Of a stretch of DNA of 64,000 nucleotides, positions 1 through 9,294 are shown piece by piece. Under the pieces are notes generated by a model that worked only from the letters and a program-made list of their open reading frames with translations, was not told the DNA's origin and searched no databases. This DNA comes from Desulfurococcales archaeon. Lineage in GTDB: Archaea > Thermoproteota > Thermoprotei_A > Sulfolobales > NBVN01. The stretch is from contig JAGDWD010000009.1 in assembly GCA_023255955.1 (NCBI GenBank), positions 21 to 64,020 on the forward strand, written 5' to 3'. Within the stretch, counting starts at the first letter, position 1. The number at the start of each line of letters is the position of its first letter. Both the position numbers and the translations under genes were made by a program.

Positions 1-96
1 CCAAGCCCCACACAAACCTCCCCAAAAACACCAACTACAAAACATAAAACAGAACCCTATAAATCCAACAAACACCAACCAAAAATAAAACAGCCC
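1..96 (+). repeat. Tail-only fragment of the interspersed repeat family. It is C/A-rich, ends in AAAATAAAACAGCCC, and is cut by the window edge.
   Basis: It is near-identical to the reverse complement of 35924-35983. It is also homologous to the C/A-rich 3' tails of the copies at 23023, 34236 and 40608. Confidence 0.6.
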
Positions 97-372
97 GCAG
101 TAGCTACAGTAAAACACGTACTTCTCTCCACTAACTACACCAGGAACGTAAATTATGTTAACAGCAATAAAACTTTTTCTAAGCTGTTACCAGTTAATTC
201 AGGTAGCTGACTTTACGAGCCCTAGCCTATGTTATACATCTTCATAGCTACACGGAAATACTGGTTCCACCACGGTATCCAATAAACCTACGTTCAGTCG
301 TTACAGCCTCCTTACTGACATCACTATTTAAACTAGCAATAAACGCCTTACTTGAGGGTTAGCGGTGGTTAG

Positions 373-645
373 ATGCCTAAGGTCGAGGCTGATAGAAGTA
401 TTAGATATGTAGAAGGAGCTGTTCTCTCCATGCTTAGACTGAGGAGGTACTTACTCTCTAGGGGTGTAGACCCGGATGAGGTAGAGGAGAGAATACGGAA
501 GCAGGCGATAGGTATGTTGGAAGCCTCCGGGTTGAGTAAGGAGAAAATAGTTGAAGTTCTTACAGAGCTTAGGTTGGTGGTTGATACATTACTGGACCTA
601 GTCAATAAGACCGAGTTCCCCGATCAGGAAGTGGAGGCTAAGTAA
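373..645 (+). CDS. Hypothetical small protein (90 aa)
   Basis: ATG-initiated ORF preceded by GGTGG and a TATTTAAA box at 325-332. I recognised no motif. Confidence 0.4.
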   Translation: MPKVEADRSIRYVEGAVLSMLRLRRYLLSRGVDPDEVEERIRKQAIGMLEASGLSKEKIVEVLTELRLVVDTLLDLVNKTEFPDQEVEAK

Positions 646-688
646 GACCAATTTAATCGAGGCCCTAGAATTATAGGGGAAACACACC

Positions 689-1867
689 GTGCTAGGAGTA
701 GCAGTACTGGTATTGGTCGTAGTTGCTATAGTGGTAGGCATAAAGATCGGGCTAAGTTTAGGTATCTCAATACTCCTCACGTCCGTAGGTCTCGGCCTCT
801 ACCTAGGAAATCTCCCAACATCCTTTATTGCCGCGATCACGAGTGAGGACGCCTGGGTACTGATACTAGCTACCTACACTATCGCAGTTCTATCAGAGCT
901 CTACAGGGTCACCGGTGCGATAGGTGAGTTAGGGCGGGGACTTTCCTCTGTGGGTGACCCGAGGATAGGTCTCATACTGATACCGGCCGTCGTAGGGTTA
1001 ATGCCTGTTGCTGGTGGGGCCCTCCTATCCGCCCCACTCGTCGAGGCCTTGGGTAGGCCGATAGGTCTCTCAAACGAGGTCTTAGCGTACATAAATCTAT
1101 GGTATAGACATACCCTACTATACTCCTACCCGTTCTCGCAGATACTGATAATACTCTCACAACTAACTAAGATACAGATACTTGGTTTAGCCGCAGCTAC
1201 AGCACCTATCTCACTACTGATGACCTTCATAGGCTTACCCACCCTCCTCAGATTAGGAAAAACAGGGAGGCAGGAACCCCGGGAAAGATCTAGCAAAGAC
1301 TTGGTCGCGTTAGTACCTCTAGCTATAGCTATACTGCTCCTAATGTTCCTATCTCAGCTTATGGGGAGCTGGGCCATACCTGTAGGTACCTCCCTAGCTA
1401 TCATCACCCTAATGAAGCTCAGAGGTAGTAAGAAACACCTGGCGCAGTCCCTTTTCTCGAGGAGGGTGGCGGACGTACTGCTTTCTGTAGTAGCTGTAAT
1501 CCTCTTGCGGGAGGTAATCAATAACAGTCAACTACCTGCTGAGTTAAGTAATGTGATCAGTAGCTCCGGGAATTCGGAAATAATGTTCGCGTTAATGTCG
1601 TCCCTAATTTCCATAGCTACCGGCTCACCCATGACCGGCCTCTTCATAGTGGTCCCACTACTCTCATCTCTAGGCCTTAACAACCTCAAGACCGTGATAC
1701 TAGTCCACAACTACACATTCCTCGGATATATAGTTTCACCAACACATCTATGTCTTCTCTACACAGCTGAGTACTTCAAAGCGAACCTAACGAGCATCTA
1801 CAGATATCTAATCCCGTCAGCACTAGCCGTAATAGCGACCGTAACCATATTTTACAGCTTTATTTGA
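689..1867 (+). CDS. Polytopic membrane protein, DUF401-like / ion-transporter superfamily permease
   Basis: 392 aa and hydrophobic throughout, with many predicted TM helices. The family assignment rests on overall resemblance only. Confidence 0.5.
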   Translation: MLGVAVLVLVVVAIVVGIKIGLSLGISILLTSVGLGLYLGNLPTSFIAAITSEDAWVLILATYTIAVLSELYRVTGAIGELGRGLSSVGDPRIGLILIPAVVGLMPVAGGALLSAPLVEALGRPIGLSNEVLAYINLWYRHTLLYSYPFSQILIILSQLTKIQILGLAAATAPISLLMTFIGLPTLLRLGKTGRQEPRERSSKDLVALVPLAIAILLLMFLSQLMGSWAIPVGTSLAIITLMKLRGSKKHLAQSLFSRRVADVLLSVVAVILLREVINNSQLPAELSNVISSSGNSEIMFALMSSLISIATGSPMTGLFIVVPLLSSLGLNNLKTVILVHNYTFLGYIVSPTHLCLLYTAEYFKANLTSIYRYLIPSALAVIATVTIFYSFI

Positions 1868-1980
1868 CCTCGGACTCGCTCATGACCACATGAGGTCGCT
1901 ATGGTAGAACCTACTAACAGAAAAAGAAAGAGGGTATTGTGGGTAAAGGTAGATAGACTAGTAGAGAAGTCTCCACACTC

Positions 1981-2274
1981 TCAGAGCTTGTCTAGTACGT
2001 CAGATACCTTCACGTTCTCGGTTATCCCCATCTCCCTAGCCTTAGTCGTGGACTGCTGTATCTCCTTGTTTAGTAGATCCTCAACTGTCCTAACTCCTAC
2101 TACCCTAGCACAAGGAATACCGAACTTCTCGGCTGCCTCTATGTTGAGGAGACCGCACATAACGAAAGCTTTCTCTCCAGCTAATAATACTAGGGGTGGG
2201 GAGTTTGGTAGGTCAATCTCTATACCTACAACCTTATCTGACACACTTTTAACCCTCACAGATACCTTAGCCAA
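1981..2274 (-). CDS. DUF1805 (YunC-like) domain protein
   Basis: 97 aa containing PPLVLLAGEKAFVMCGLLNIEAAEKFGIPCARVVGVRTVEDLL, which is typical of DUF1805. The overlapping + strand ORF 1901-2302 is treated as a shadow ORF. Confidence 0.6.
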   Translation of the reverse strand: MAKVSVRVKSVSDKVVGIEIDLPNSPPLVLLAGEKAFVMCGLLNIEAAEKFGIPCARVVGVRTVEDLLNKEIQQSTTKAREMGITENVKVSDVLDKL

Positions 2275-2379
2275 GTATTTTCACCGAGAATTTGAGGCAT
2301 AGAAAATTAAAAACGTCGATGAGGACCGTTACAGTAAAGGGCATGCCTTCATTATTTAGCTGAGGCTTCACACCCTCCT

Positions 2380-3676
2380 CTAGAAGACGAATGGTATGGA
2401 TAGTATGAAGTGAATAGCTGATGAGACAAGCGAGAACGGTAGGGTTATCCTCAGCCAGTCCTTCCAGCTCCTCCTTACATGGTCCTCCTTCTCTGCCATT
2501 ATGAGGGCTAGATAGAGTGTTGGTGCTGCTGCTATGGTTGCGTTACTCCCTAGAGTTGATGACCAGACTATCCCCCAGTAGTATGGCCACGGGTCGATAG
2601 CCACAGCTCTAGCTATGTCTTTAACCATGTAGAGTAGGACCAGTATCAGAGCATCGTGCTCTACCAGCATGCTCAGCCCAGCCGTAACCCAGTAGATGAA
2701 GCCGTAAGCTAGGAAAGTACTTGAAGCAACTATCTGAGCTATGTGCTGCGAGACCTCCTCGAAGAACCCGGAAGCCTCGAGAGCGCCGGTCAGCCCGAAG
2801 AGAGCTACGTAGAATGCTAGAGCTTCCCACTCAACATCCTTGAGTACCTCGTCAAATCCTGGCACAGCCTTACCGAAAACTCGGGTAACCTCCAATACGG
2901 CCGCGGTCAGTATGGCTACGATTATAGCTAGTGCTCCGAGTGGGAGACCTAGTGATGACCTCACCGCAGCTAAGATCATCAGTGTAGCAAGTGCTACCAC
3001 CGACGTCACAGCCGGGGCTTTCAGTACTATAGGCTTCTCATAGCTCAAACCATCCCCGCTGTACCTCCTGTCCTTAGGGCGGAGCCAGACCCTGTAGAAA
3101 ACTGCGAGAGTAGCTAAGAACGAAGCTAGGAGGAGGAAGAAGCTGCTGGGCTTCCCCCTAAACCACAGGAAATCGAAAAACTCTGCCCCAGCTACTGAGT
3201 GGAGGAGAAGTGGTGGTAGGTCCCCAAGCATTAGGGCAGTCCCCATATGGTTAGCTGCCACTGCTACGATCATGGATGTTACGAGGGGGTCTAACCCGAC
3301 CATCCTCCCCAGGGTCATAGCTACCGGAGCGAATAACAGTACTACCTGTACATTAGCTAGGAAGGTAGATATGAGCCCGGCTACGATAACTATTATCAAG
3401 AATAGATAGGTAAGCGTTCCCAACCCTCACCGATATCCTGTAAGCTATGTATCTAGGGAGATTCGACTTTATCATGTAGTTCACAATTATCCACGTACCT
3501 AGGAGAACCGCTAGGACGTTCCAGTCCACAGCACTAGCTATCTGGGTAAGGGAGAAGGTGGGGGAGAGGAACGCTATCACAAGCAGCCCGGTAAACGCTA
3601 TGACGCTCTTGGTTATGGGTGCTACTATCACAGCCACTATCGTCGCGAATACTATCGCGACGGTGAGTAGGTCCAC
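2380..3676 (-). pseudogene. ArsB/NhaD-type anion permease, split by a single-nucleotide frameshift near 3415-3425
   Basis: ORF 3353-3676 carries the N-terminal TM helices and ends ...RISVRVG. ORF 2380-3423 continues as TLTYLFLIIVIVAG... in another frame. Together they give a normal-length permease. Confidence 0.6.
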
Positions 3677-3763
3677 CTTGATGTCAGCCCATAACTCTTC
3701 CCGGGCTTACTTAAAAGTATTTGAATCTGAATTAAGGCTTTTTTAAGTAGGAAGGAAAAAGAG

Positions 3764-4951
3764 CTACTTTCTAGCCTCCTCGGAGCTGTAGACTACCTTA
3801 CCATTTACTACGGTGTAGAGTACCTTAGCCTCTATATCGAAGGGCCTCCTACTCAACACGACTATGTCCCCGTCCTTCCCTACCTCAATACTACCAACCC
3901 TATCCGATATCCCGAGTATCCTAGCAGCATTCACGGTCACCGCCTTGAGTGCGTCCTCGAATGGGAGGCCTTCACGCATAGCGAGAGCTACCTGAACTGG
4001 GAGTAGCTTCAGTGGTATCACCGGGTGGTCAGTAATTATCGCTATTTCAATGCCGTAGCTAGCAAGTACCTTAGGTGTCTCGATAGTCCTGTTTCTGAGC
4101 TCGACTTTCCCTTTAGCAGTCATTAGCGGTCCGACAGCTACCGGTATCTTCTCACTAGCTATTATCTCCGGTATCCTATGTGCCTCAGTACCGTGGTCTA
4201 GGACTATCCTGAGGTTGAATTCCTTAGCGATTGATATCGCTGTGAGCATGTCGTCAGCCATGTGGGCGTGAGCCCTGACAGGTATGACACCCTTCAACGC
4301 TAGCTCGAGTGCTTCGAGCCTGAGGTCCACGTCAGGGAACTTCTCGGGCTGGTCCTTGAAGAGCTCCTTCTTCCGGGAGTAGTTCCTAGCCTTCACAAAC
4401 CACTCCCTTATGATCCCAGCTATCCCCATCCTCGTAGATGGGGACCTCTTGTTCTCGACTCCGTGAGTCCTCTTAGGGTTCTCACCGAAAGCCATCTTAA
4501 GTCCTATAGGCTCCCTAATCAACATCTCCAACTTGTTCTTACCGAAGCACTTTATAGCCACCCCCAGACCTCCTATCGGGTTAGCACTTCCAGGTAGGAC
4601 GCCGACGGAGGTTATCCCAGCTTCTAAAGCCTCTCTAAATGCTATGTCATCAGACTTTATCCCATCGAACGCCCTGAGGTGCGGGGTTACCGGCTCGGTA
4701 GACTCGTTAGTGTCCCTACCTTCCCAGCCGACTGCCTCCTCGTCGACACCTATGTGGGTGTGAGCATCTACGAGGCCGGGTATTATGTGGGCTCCTCTAG
4801 CACCAATTACGTCGGAGCCTGGTGGTATCTCCACCTCGTCGACTCTCCCTACAGCAACTATCTTACCGTCATCTCCTATAACAACAACCCCGTCCTCGAT
4901 TATCCCTCTATAGAAGGTGTATACGTACCCACCCTTAACTACTAGAGGCAT
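3764..4951 (-). CDS. Amidohydrolase-family metallohydrolase
   Basis: GLVDAHTHIG metal-binding motif and a typical N-terminal beta-sandwich beginning MPLVVKGGYVY. The start was moved to the ATG at 4951 because the upstream extension is Cys/Arg-rich and looks non-coding. Confidence 0.7.
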   Translation of the reverse strand: MPLVVKGGYVYTFYRGIIEDGVVVIGDDGKIVAVGRVDEVEIPPGSDVIGARGAHIIPGLVDAHTHIGVDEEAVGWEGRDTNESTEPVTPHLRAFDGIKSDDIAFREALEAGITSVGVLPGSANPIGGLGVAIKCFGKNKLEMLIREPIGLKMAFGENPKRTHGVENKRSPSTRMGIAGIIREWFVKARNYSRKKELFKDQPEKFPDVDLRLEALELALKGVIPVRAHAHMADDMLTAISIAKEFNLRIVLDHGTEAHRIPEIIASEKIPVAVGPLMTAKGKVELRNRTIETPKVLASYGIEIAIITDHPVIPLKLLPVQVALAMREGLPFEDALKAVTVNAARILGISDRVGSIEVGKDGDIVVLSRRPFDIEAKVLYTVVNGKVVYSSEEARK

Positions 4952-5227
4952 GGGCTCGCCCACCACTTTATCGAGATGACACAAAAATCCTTTTCCAGTC
5001 CATGGATGTCCAGGGCTGTTACATAGTTGGCTATTATTAGCTAGGTTTGCGAGTCCTGTTCTATGTATAGATTGAAATCTACCTAGGTGATGAGGCCCGC
5101 ATCGCCGGGCTCGACAGCTACTCATGACGCCGCGGAGTTACAGAGCCTGCAGACGAGGGAGATCCCTAAATGCGGCGAGTGAATATAAGTTAATGAAGAT
5201 GAACATCTAGGAGTGAACGGTGGGAGC

Positions 5228-6052
5228 ATGACATGTAGAGTCGTTGCGGTAGTTTCAGGGGGGTTAGATAGCACGTGCTACCTAGCTAGGTGGCTATCGA
5301 ATGGATGTGATGCTCACGTACTCACATTCATCTACGGTCAGAAGGGGTGGGCTGAGGTAGACGCCCTGAGGGAGGTGTTAAAGGAGCTTGAGAAGGTGGG
5401 TAAGTCCAGGGGTTGGGGATCTATAGTGGAGCATAAGGTGGTAGACTTATCTTTTATGAGGGAGTTGTGGAGAGGTACGCAACTGACAGATGAGAGTGTT
5501 GAGGTATCCTCAGGTTATAGACCGACCGTAGTAGTCCCGATAAGGAACATAGTGATGCTCTCAATAGCTTCTGCCTACGCCTACACCGTACTGGAGGAGC
5601 ATAAACCTGGGGAGGTCTACGTAGTGTTCGGCGCTCAGTACGATGACGTCGCTCCGAGAGAGGATAGCTGGGAGCCTAAATACCCCGACTGCAGCCCTGA
5701 GTGCATAGAGTCCTTCGAGACATCGGTAAGGCTATGCCACTTCAGAGACAGTAGGAGGATCGAGGTGTGGAGTCCGAGTAGGGAGGGGTTGAGGAAACAT
5801 GAGAACCTGAGGTTATGTTACCAGCTAGTAGGTGGATTAGTCTACAGGACGTGGAGCTGCTACCTATCTGAGAAGTACCACTGCGGAAAATGCGAGAGCT
5901 GCCGTAACAGGCATAGAGCATTCCTAGAGTCTGGAATACCGGACTGTACAAAGTACCTGGAACCCCCCGGAGAACCGGGCGACTTCGTTAAGGTCGAAGA
6001 TTACTACATCCATAAGAGATGCTCGGACACCTCCCATAAAGAACCTGTCTAG
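5228..6052 (+). CDS. queC: 7-cyano-7-deazaguanine synthase (PP-loop ATPase)
   Basis: [13 protein letters not shown]-loop and a C-terminal zinc cluster [10 protein letters not shown]. Confidence 0.8.
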   Translation: MTCRVVAVVSGGLDSTCYLARWLSNGCDAHVLTFIYGQKGWAEVDALREVLKELEKVGKSRGWGSIVEHKVVDLSFMRELWRGTQLTDESVEVSSGYRPTVVVPIRNIVMLSIASAYAYTVLEEHKPGEVYVVFGAQYDDVAPREDSWEPKYPDCSPECIESFETSVRLCHFRDSRRIEVWSPSREGLRKHENLRLCYQLVGGLVYRTWSCYLSEKYHCGKCESCRNRHRAFLESGIPDCTKYLEPPGEPGDFVKVEDYYIHKRCSDTSHKEPV

Positions 6053-6085
6053 GTCTACCCTGAATTGTAGGGAGAGTAGCGAACC

Positions 6086-6095
6086 CTATATTATT
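6086..6095 (+). promoter_or_regulatory. TATA-like box (CTATATTATT) upstream of the nurA-like gene
   Basis: AT-rich box about 35-40 nt upstream of the proposed ACG start at 6129, followed by GGGAGGAGG. Confidence 0.3.
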
Positions 6096-6128
6096 AGTCT
6101 ACATAGCACGTAGGTTCTAGGGAGGAGG

Positions 6129-7115
6129 ACGCTAACCCAGATAGTCGAGAAAGTAGTTGACGCCTGCAGGAGGCGTCTAGAGCCACGTAGCGGGGTACCT
6201 AGAGCAGAGCTCGGTAATGTCGAGGTAGTAGAGCTGGATATTGAGGCCCACACCGGGCTGACCACGAACTATGTAGCTGTAGATGCTGCGTCTGCTAGCC
6301 TCTACCTAGGTGGTAACATTGTTGGTGTAGCAGCTCTCTCTGTAGTGTCCCTAGATAGTTTAGTACTCTACCCGCTACTTTCTTCTAGTAGGTTCTCAGG
6401 ACCCCCATTCATCTCCACGTTAGTAGGTCCGGACGAGCTACCTGCAGGTGTAACCGATAGGTACGTAGAGCTCGGAATCCCCTACAGGGACGACCCGTAC
6501 GTAGATCCCGCGGTACTCGAGTCAGATGTGAGGCTGGCTCTGGAGGTCTACGGGCTTAACCTAGCAGTTGATTCACGCTCCACCTACGTCCTTATAGATG
6601 GGCCGCTAGCTCAGTTCTACAAGCTCTACCCTAGGCAGGGCTACTGGCTAGATGAGCTAGCTCTCTACTCCAGTAAGAGGGCCCGCCTTATCAAGGAAGC
6701 TGTAGATAGGGGTAAGATAGTGGCTGGGATAGCTAAGAGAGTGGCATTTACGGACCGCCTCCCAGAGATCCCGGACGGTAGTAAACCCGTCGCGGTAGGG
6801 CCGGTAACGATAGCTGGAGACGTTAAGGTCTGCTCCTACCTCCTCGTAGGTAGGAGATCCGGGTACTCACACGTAGTTGCTAGGGTAGAGATACCGTGCG
6901 GTACTGTTGAGGCCTTAGGTCCCCGCAAGCTCAGGGAGTTCTTATCTGCGGTGTTCTCCTCGTATCAGAACCTAGCACTACCCGTCCCTTACGGGATATA
7001 CGTAGCTGATAGGTTATCTAAGAACATTACTAGGAAGATCGTCGAGCTCGTAGAGCTTACCGCTAAGACTCGGGGGTTGCTAGCGGTCCACCCAGGTGAG
7101 TTACTCTATGGGTGA
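6129..7115 (+). CDS. NurA-domain nuclease paralog. The 5' end is set at an in-frame ACG. The first canonical start is GTG at 6345.
   Basis: The frame is open from 6114 and encodes ...NYVAVDAASASLY, a NurA catalytic Asp motif like IVAGDSSSAV in the canonical nurA. This lies upstream of the first ATG/GTG/TTG. The gene overlaps the downstream herA-like gene. Confidence 0.55.
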   Translation, partial: TLTQIVEKVVDACRRRLEPRSGVPRAELGNVEVVELDIEAHTGLTTNYVAVDAASASLYLGGNIVGVAALSVVSLDSLVLYPLLSSSRFSGPPFISTLVGPDELPAGVTDRYVELGIPYRDDPYVDPAVLESDVRLALEVYGLNLAVDSRSTYVLIDGPLAQFYKLYPRQGYWLDELALYSSKRARLIKEAVDRGKIVAGIAKRVAFTDRLPEIPDGSKPVAVGPVTIAGDVKVCSYLLVGRRSGYSHVVARVEIPCGTVEALGPRKLREFLSAVFSSYQNLALPVPYGIYVADRLSKNITRKIVELVELTAKTRGLLAVHPGELLYG

Positions 7116-8937
7116 GGACATAGGTAGTAAAATATCTAGCCTCATCTCCGAGGCCTTCTCAAAGGCCTCAAAGCTGGGGACGGTGGTTGGTTACGTAAGT
7201 AGGAGAACCTTCTCCTCATCGTCTGATAGTGCTAGTAAAACCTACATAGAGATCGATCCGAAGGTGTACTACGAGTACACGCACGCGTTCGACGTGGGTA
7301 ACTACCTGGTAGCAGTTGACATAAGAACGCTGAAGGCCGTTGGCCTGAGGATAACCTCGATAAGAAGGTCCGACATAGCGTCAGACATACAAGCACCTCT
7401 ATCAATCAGCTTAGGTGTCTCACCGGAGGGCTTACTAGCTCCTGTAGTAGTAGAGGCAATAACACTACTAGATGAGGAAGGCCTGCCCTACATGGCCCCT
7501 ATCGAGCCACAGTCTCCGGTGGTAGTTCCTGGAGATCCTGTCCTCGTAACGAGGATTACTGGACTACCGGAGGAGGGGGTTGTCATGGGCCATCTCCACA
7601 CAGGCTCAGCACCCGTAGCTGGGGGAGGTATAGCTGTGAGATTACCTCTTAAGGAGTTCTTTAAGCATCTAATAGTCATAGGCACCACAGGGTCGGGTAA
7701 GACTACCTTCATTAAGAACACGATATGGTACCTAACAACCCACTACCCGGAGGTACTAGTCCTCGTGGTCGACGCGGCTGGGGACTATACTCAGGTGGTC
7801 CTACCCCCAGTTAAGGAACCGGCAGACTCACTTGTCTACCTAGGGTCTTCCGGGGGTGTGGGTGGGCTTCGCAAGATAACAGTACTCCTACCAGTACTAC
7901 GTACGGTGAACACTTTTAGAGACCTTGTTAGAGTGGTTAGAACCTACGTCGAGGATAGGTTAGTGTCTGTAGCTAGAGAGTACCATAAAGTTGATGCCGG
8001 TATCTCAACCGAGGTTAAGGAGTTGGCAGGTCTTAGGGTGGTTAGGGCTTTCATCGATCTCGGTAGGTATGGTAGTGTAGAGGTTTACGTAGTTCCTACA
8101 GCACTTAGCTATCCTCAGGTAGCAGACCACCTAGATGCTCTACCGATATTTTCCCGTCAAGCTAAGATCTACCTACGCCATGTAGTTGACTACATAGAGC
8201 AGGAGGAGGGGGAGATAACGAACTTCACTATGCTCTCAGCGGCTTTCACACGTAGGAGGAGGGAGGTGGAGAAGATACTGAAGATACATAGGAGTACATT
8301 GGATAATATAGAGAGAGCCCTCAACTTCATAGCTAGCTCAGACTGTGTTGACGTCTACATTGAGGGCGGTAACGTTGGGATACCGGAGCCTAGGGTACTC
8401 AGTGAGGCTTTTCCAAGCCCTATAGTACTGGACCTAGATTACGCCGTCTCCCAGGGGACGCACTTCCTCATTGCTAACCTCGTAGCCTATGAGGTTCTGA
8501 GGAGCCTGCATGAGTGGAAGAGGTCTGGGGGGCCTTCAACGAAGCCTACTGTAGTGGTCCTCGACGAGGCCCACAGGTTCTTCCCATCCGAGGGAACCTC
8601 TGCGGAGGAGGTAGAGCTCCTCGCAGACTTCATAGCGAGGATAGCGAGATTGGGTAGATCTAGAGGGCTTGGAATACTGTTCAGTACGCACTCACCTAAG
8701 GATGTTCACCGGATAGTTATCCAGTTATCGAACACTAAGATAGTCTTCAGGAGTGAGAGGGAGTACCTTGAGATGCTCGACATACCACAGGAGTACACTA
8801 GGATACTTGAGCTAGCTCCAGATAGGGTAGCTCTAATGAAGTCACATGTAATTAGGTCCGGCCATACCTTGTTTAAGACTGCTGAACCACTCCTAGGGCA
8901 TTTCGACATGGCTACACTACTCTCCCTCAGGAAGTAG
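7096..8937 (+). CDS. HerA/DUF87-family hexameric ATPase/translocase paralog
   Basis: Walker A IGTTGSGKTTF and Walker B VVVLDEAHRFFP, with the same architecture as herA at 15552. The start may instead be the ATG at 7108. Confidence 0.75.
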   Translation: MSYSMGEDIGSKISSLISEAFSKASKLGTVVGYVSRRTFSSSSDSASKTYIEIDPKVYYEYTHAFDVGNYLVAVDIRTLKAVGLRITSIRRSDIASDIQAPLSISLGVSPEGLLAPVVVEAITLLDEEGLPYMAPIEPQSPVVVPGDPVLVTRITGLPEEGVVMGHLHTGSAPVAGGGIAVRLPLKEFFKHLIVIGTTGSGKTTFIKNTIWYLTTHYPEVLVLVVDAAGDYTQVVLPPVKEPADSLVYLGSSGGVGGLRKITVLLPVLRTVNTFRDLVRVVRTYVEDRLVSVAREYHKVDAGISTEVKELAGLRVVRAFIDLGRYGSVEVYVVPTALSYPQVADHLDALPIFSRQAKIYLRHVVDYIEQEEGEITNFTMLSAAFTRRRREVEKILKIHRSTLDNIERALNFIASSDCVDVYIEGGNVGIPEPRVLSEAFPSPIVLDLDYAVSQGTHFLIANLVAYEVLRSLHEWKRSGGPSTKPTVVVLDEAHRFFPSEGTSAEEVELLADFIARIARLGRSRGLGILFSTHSPKDVHRIVIQLSNTKIVFRSEREYLEMLDIPQEYTRILELAPDRVALMKSHVIRSGHTLFKTAEPLLGHFDMATLLSLRK

Positions 8938-9057
8938 CTTGATCTACTGCCGAGGATTGTTTTGCGGGGTCTACTGGATTTAGTATACATGTTTCACTGG
9001 CTTAGAAAACAGGCTATCTTCCTTTTAGGAATATTTGTTCTGGTATGCAGTTCTAAG

Positions 9058-9291
9058 ATGGTGCTTAAGGTGTCGGAAGCTAGGAAGACATACATTATTG
9101 AGGACCTGGATAAGGTGCAGGTCGACTACGACCGGAGTACCGACACCCTCCACATAGTTTTTGGGGAGGGTACTGAGGAGGCTGACGAAGCCATCCTCAC
9201 TGAGAACGATGTGGGGTACAGAATCAAGGGAGGTAGGATTATAGGTGTGACCATATATGGACTCCTTAGGAGGTTGGGCATAGAGGTGTAG
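9058..9291 (+). CDS. DUF2283-like small protein
   Basis: 77 aa from the ATG at 9058. VDYDRSTDTLHIVFGEG...GRIIGVTI is the usual DUF2283 pattern. The longer ORF from 8962 has a hydrophobic leader that looks non-coding. Confidence 0.5.
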   Translation: MVLKVSEARKTYIIEDLDKVQVDYDRSTDTLHIVFGEGTEEADEAILTENDVGYRIKGGRIIGVTIYGLLRRLGIEV

Positions 9292-9294
9292 CTC

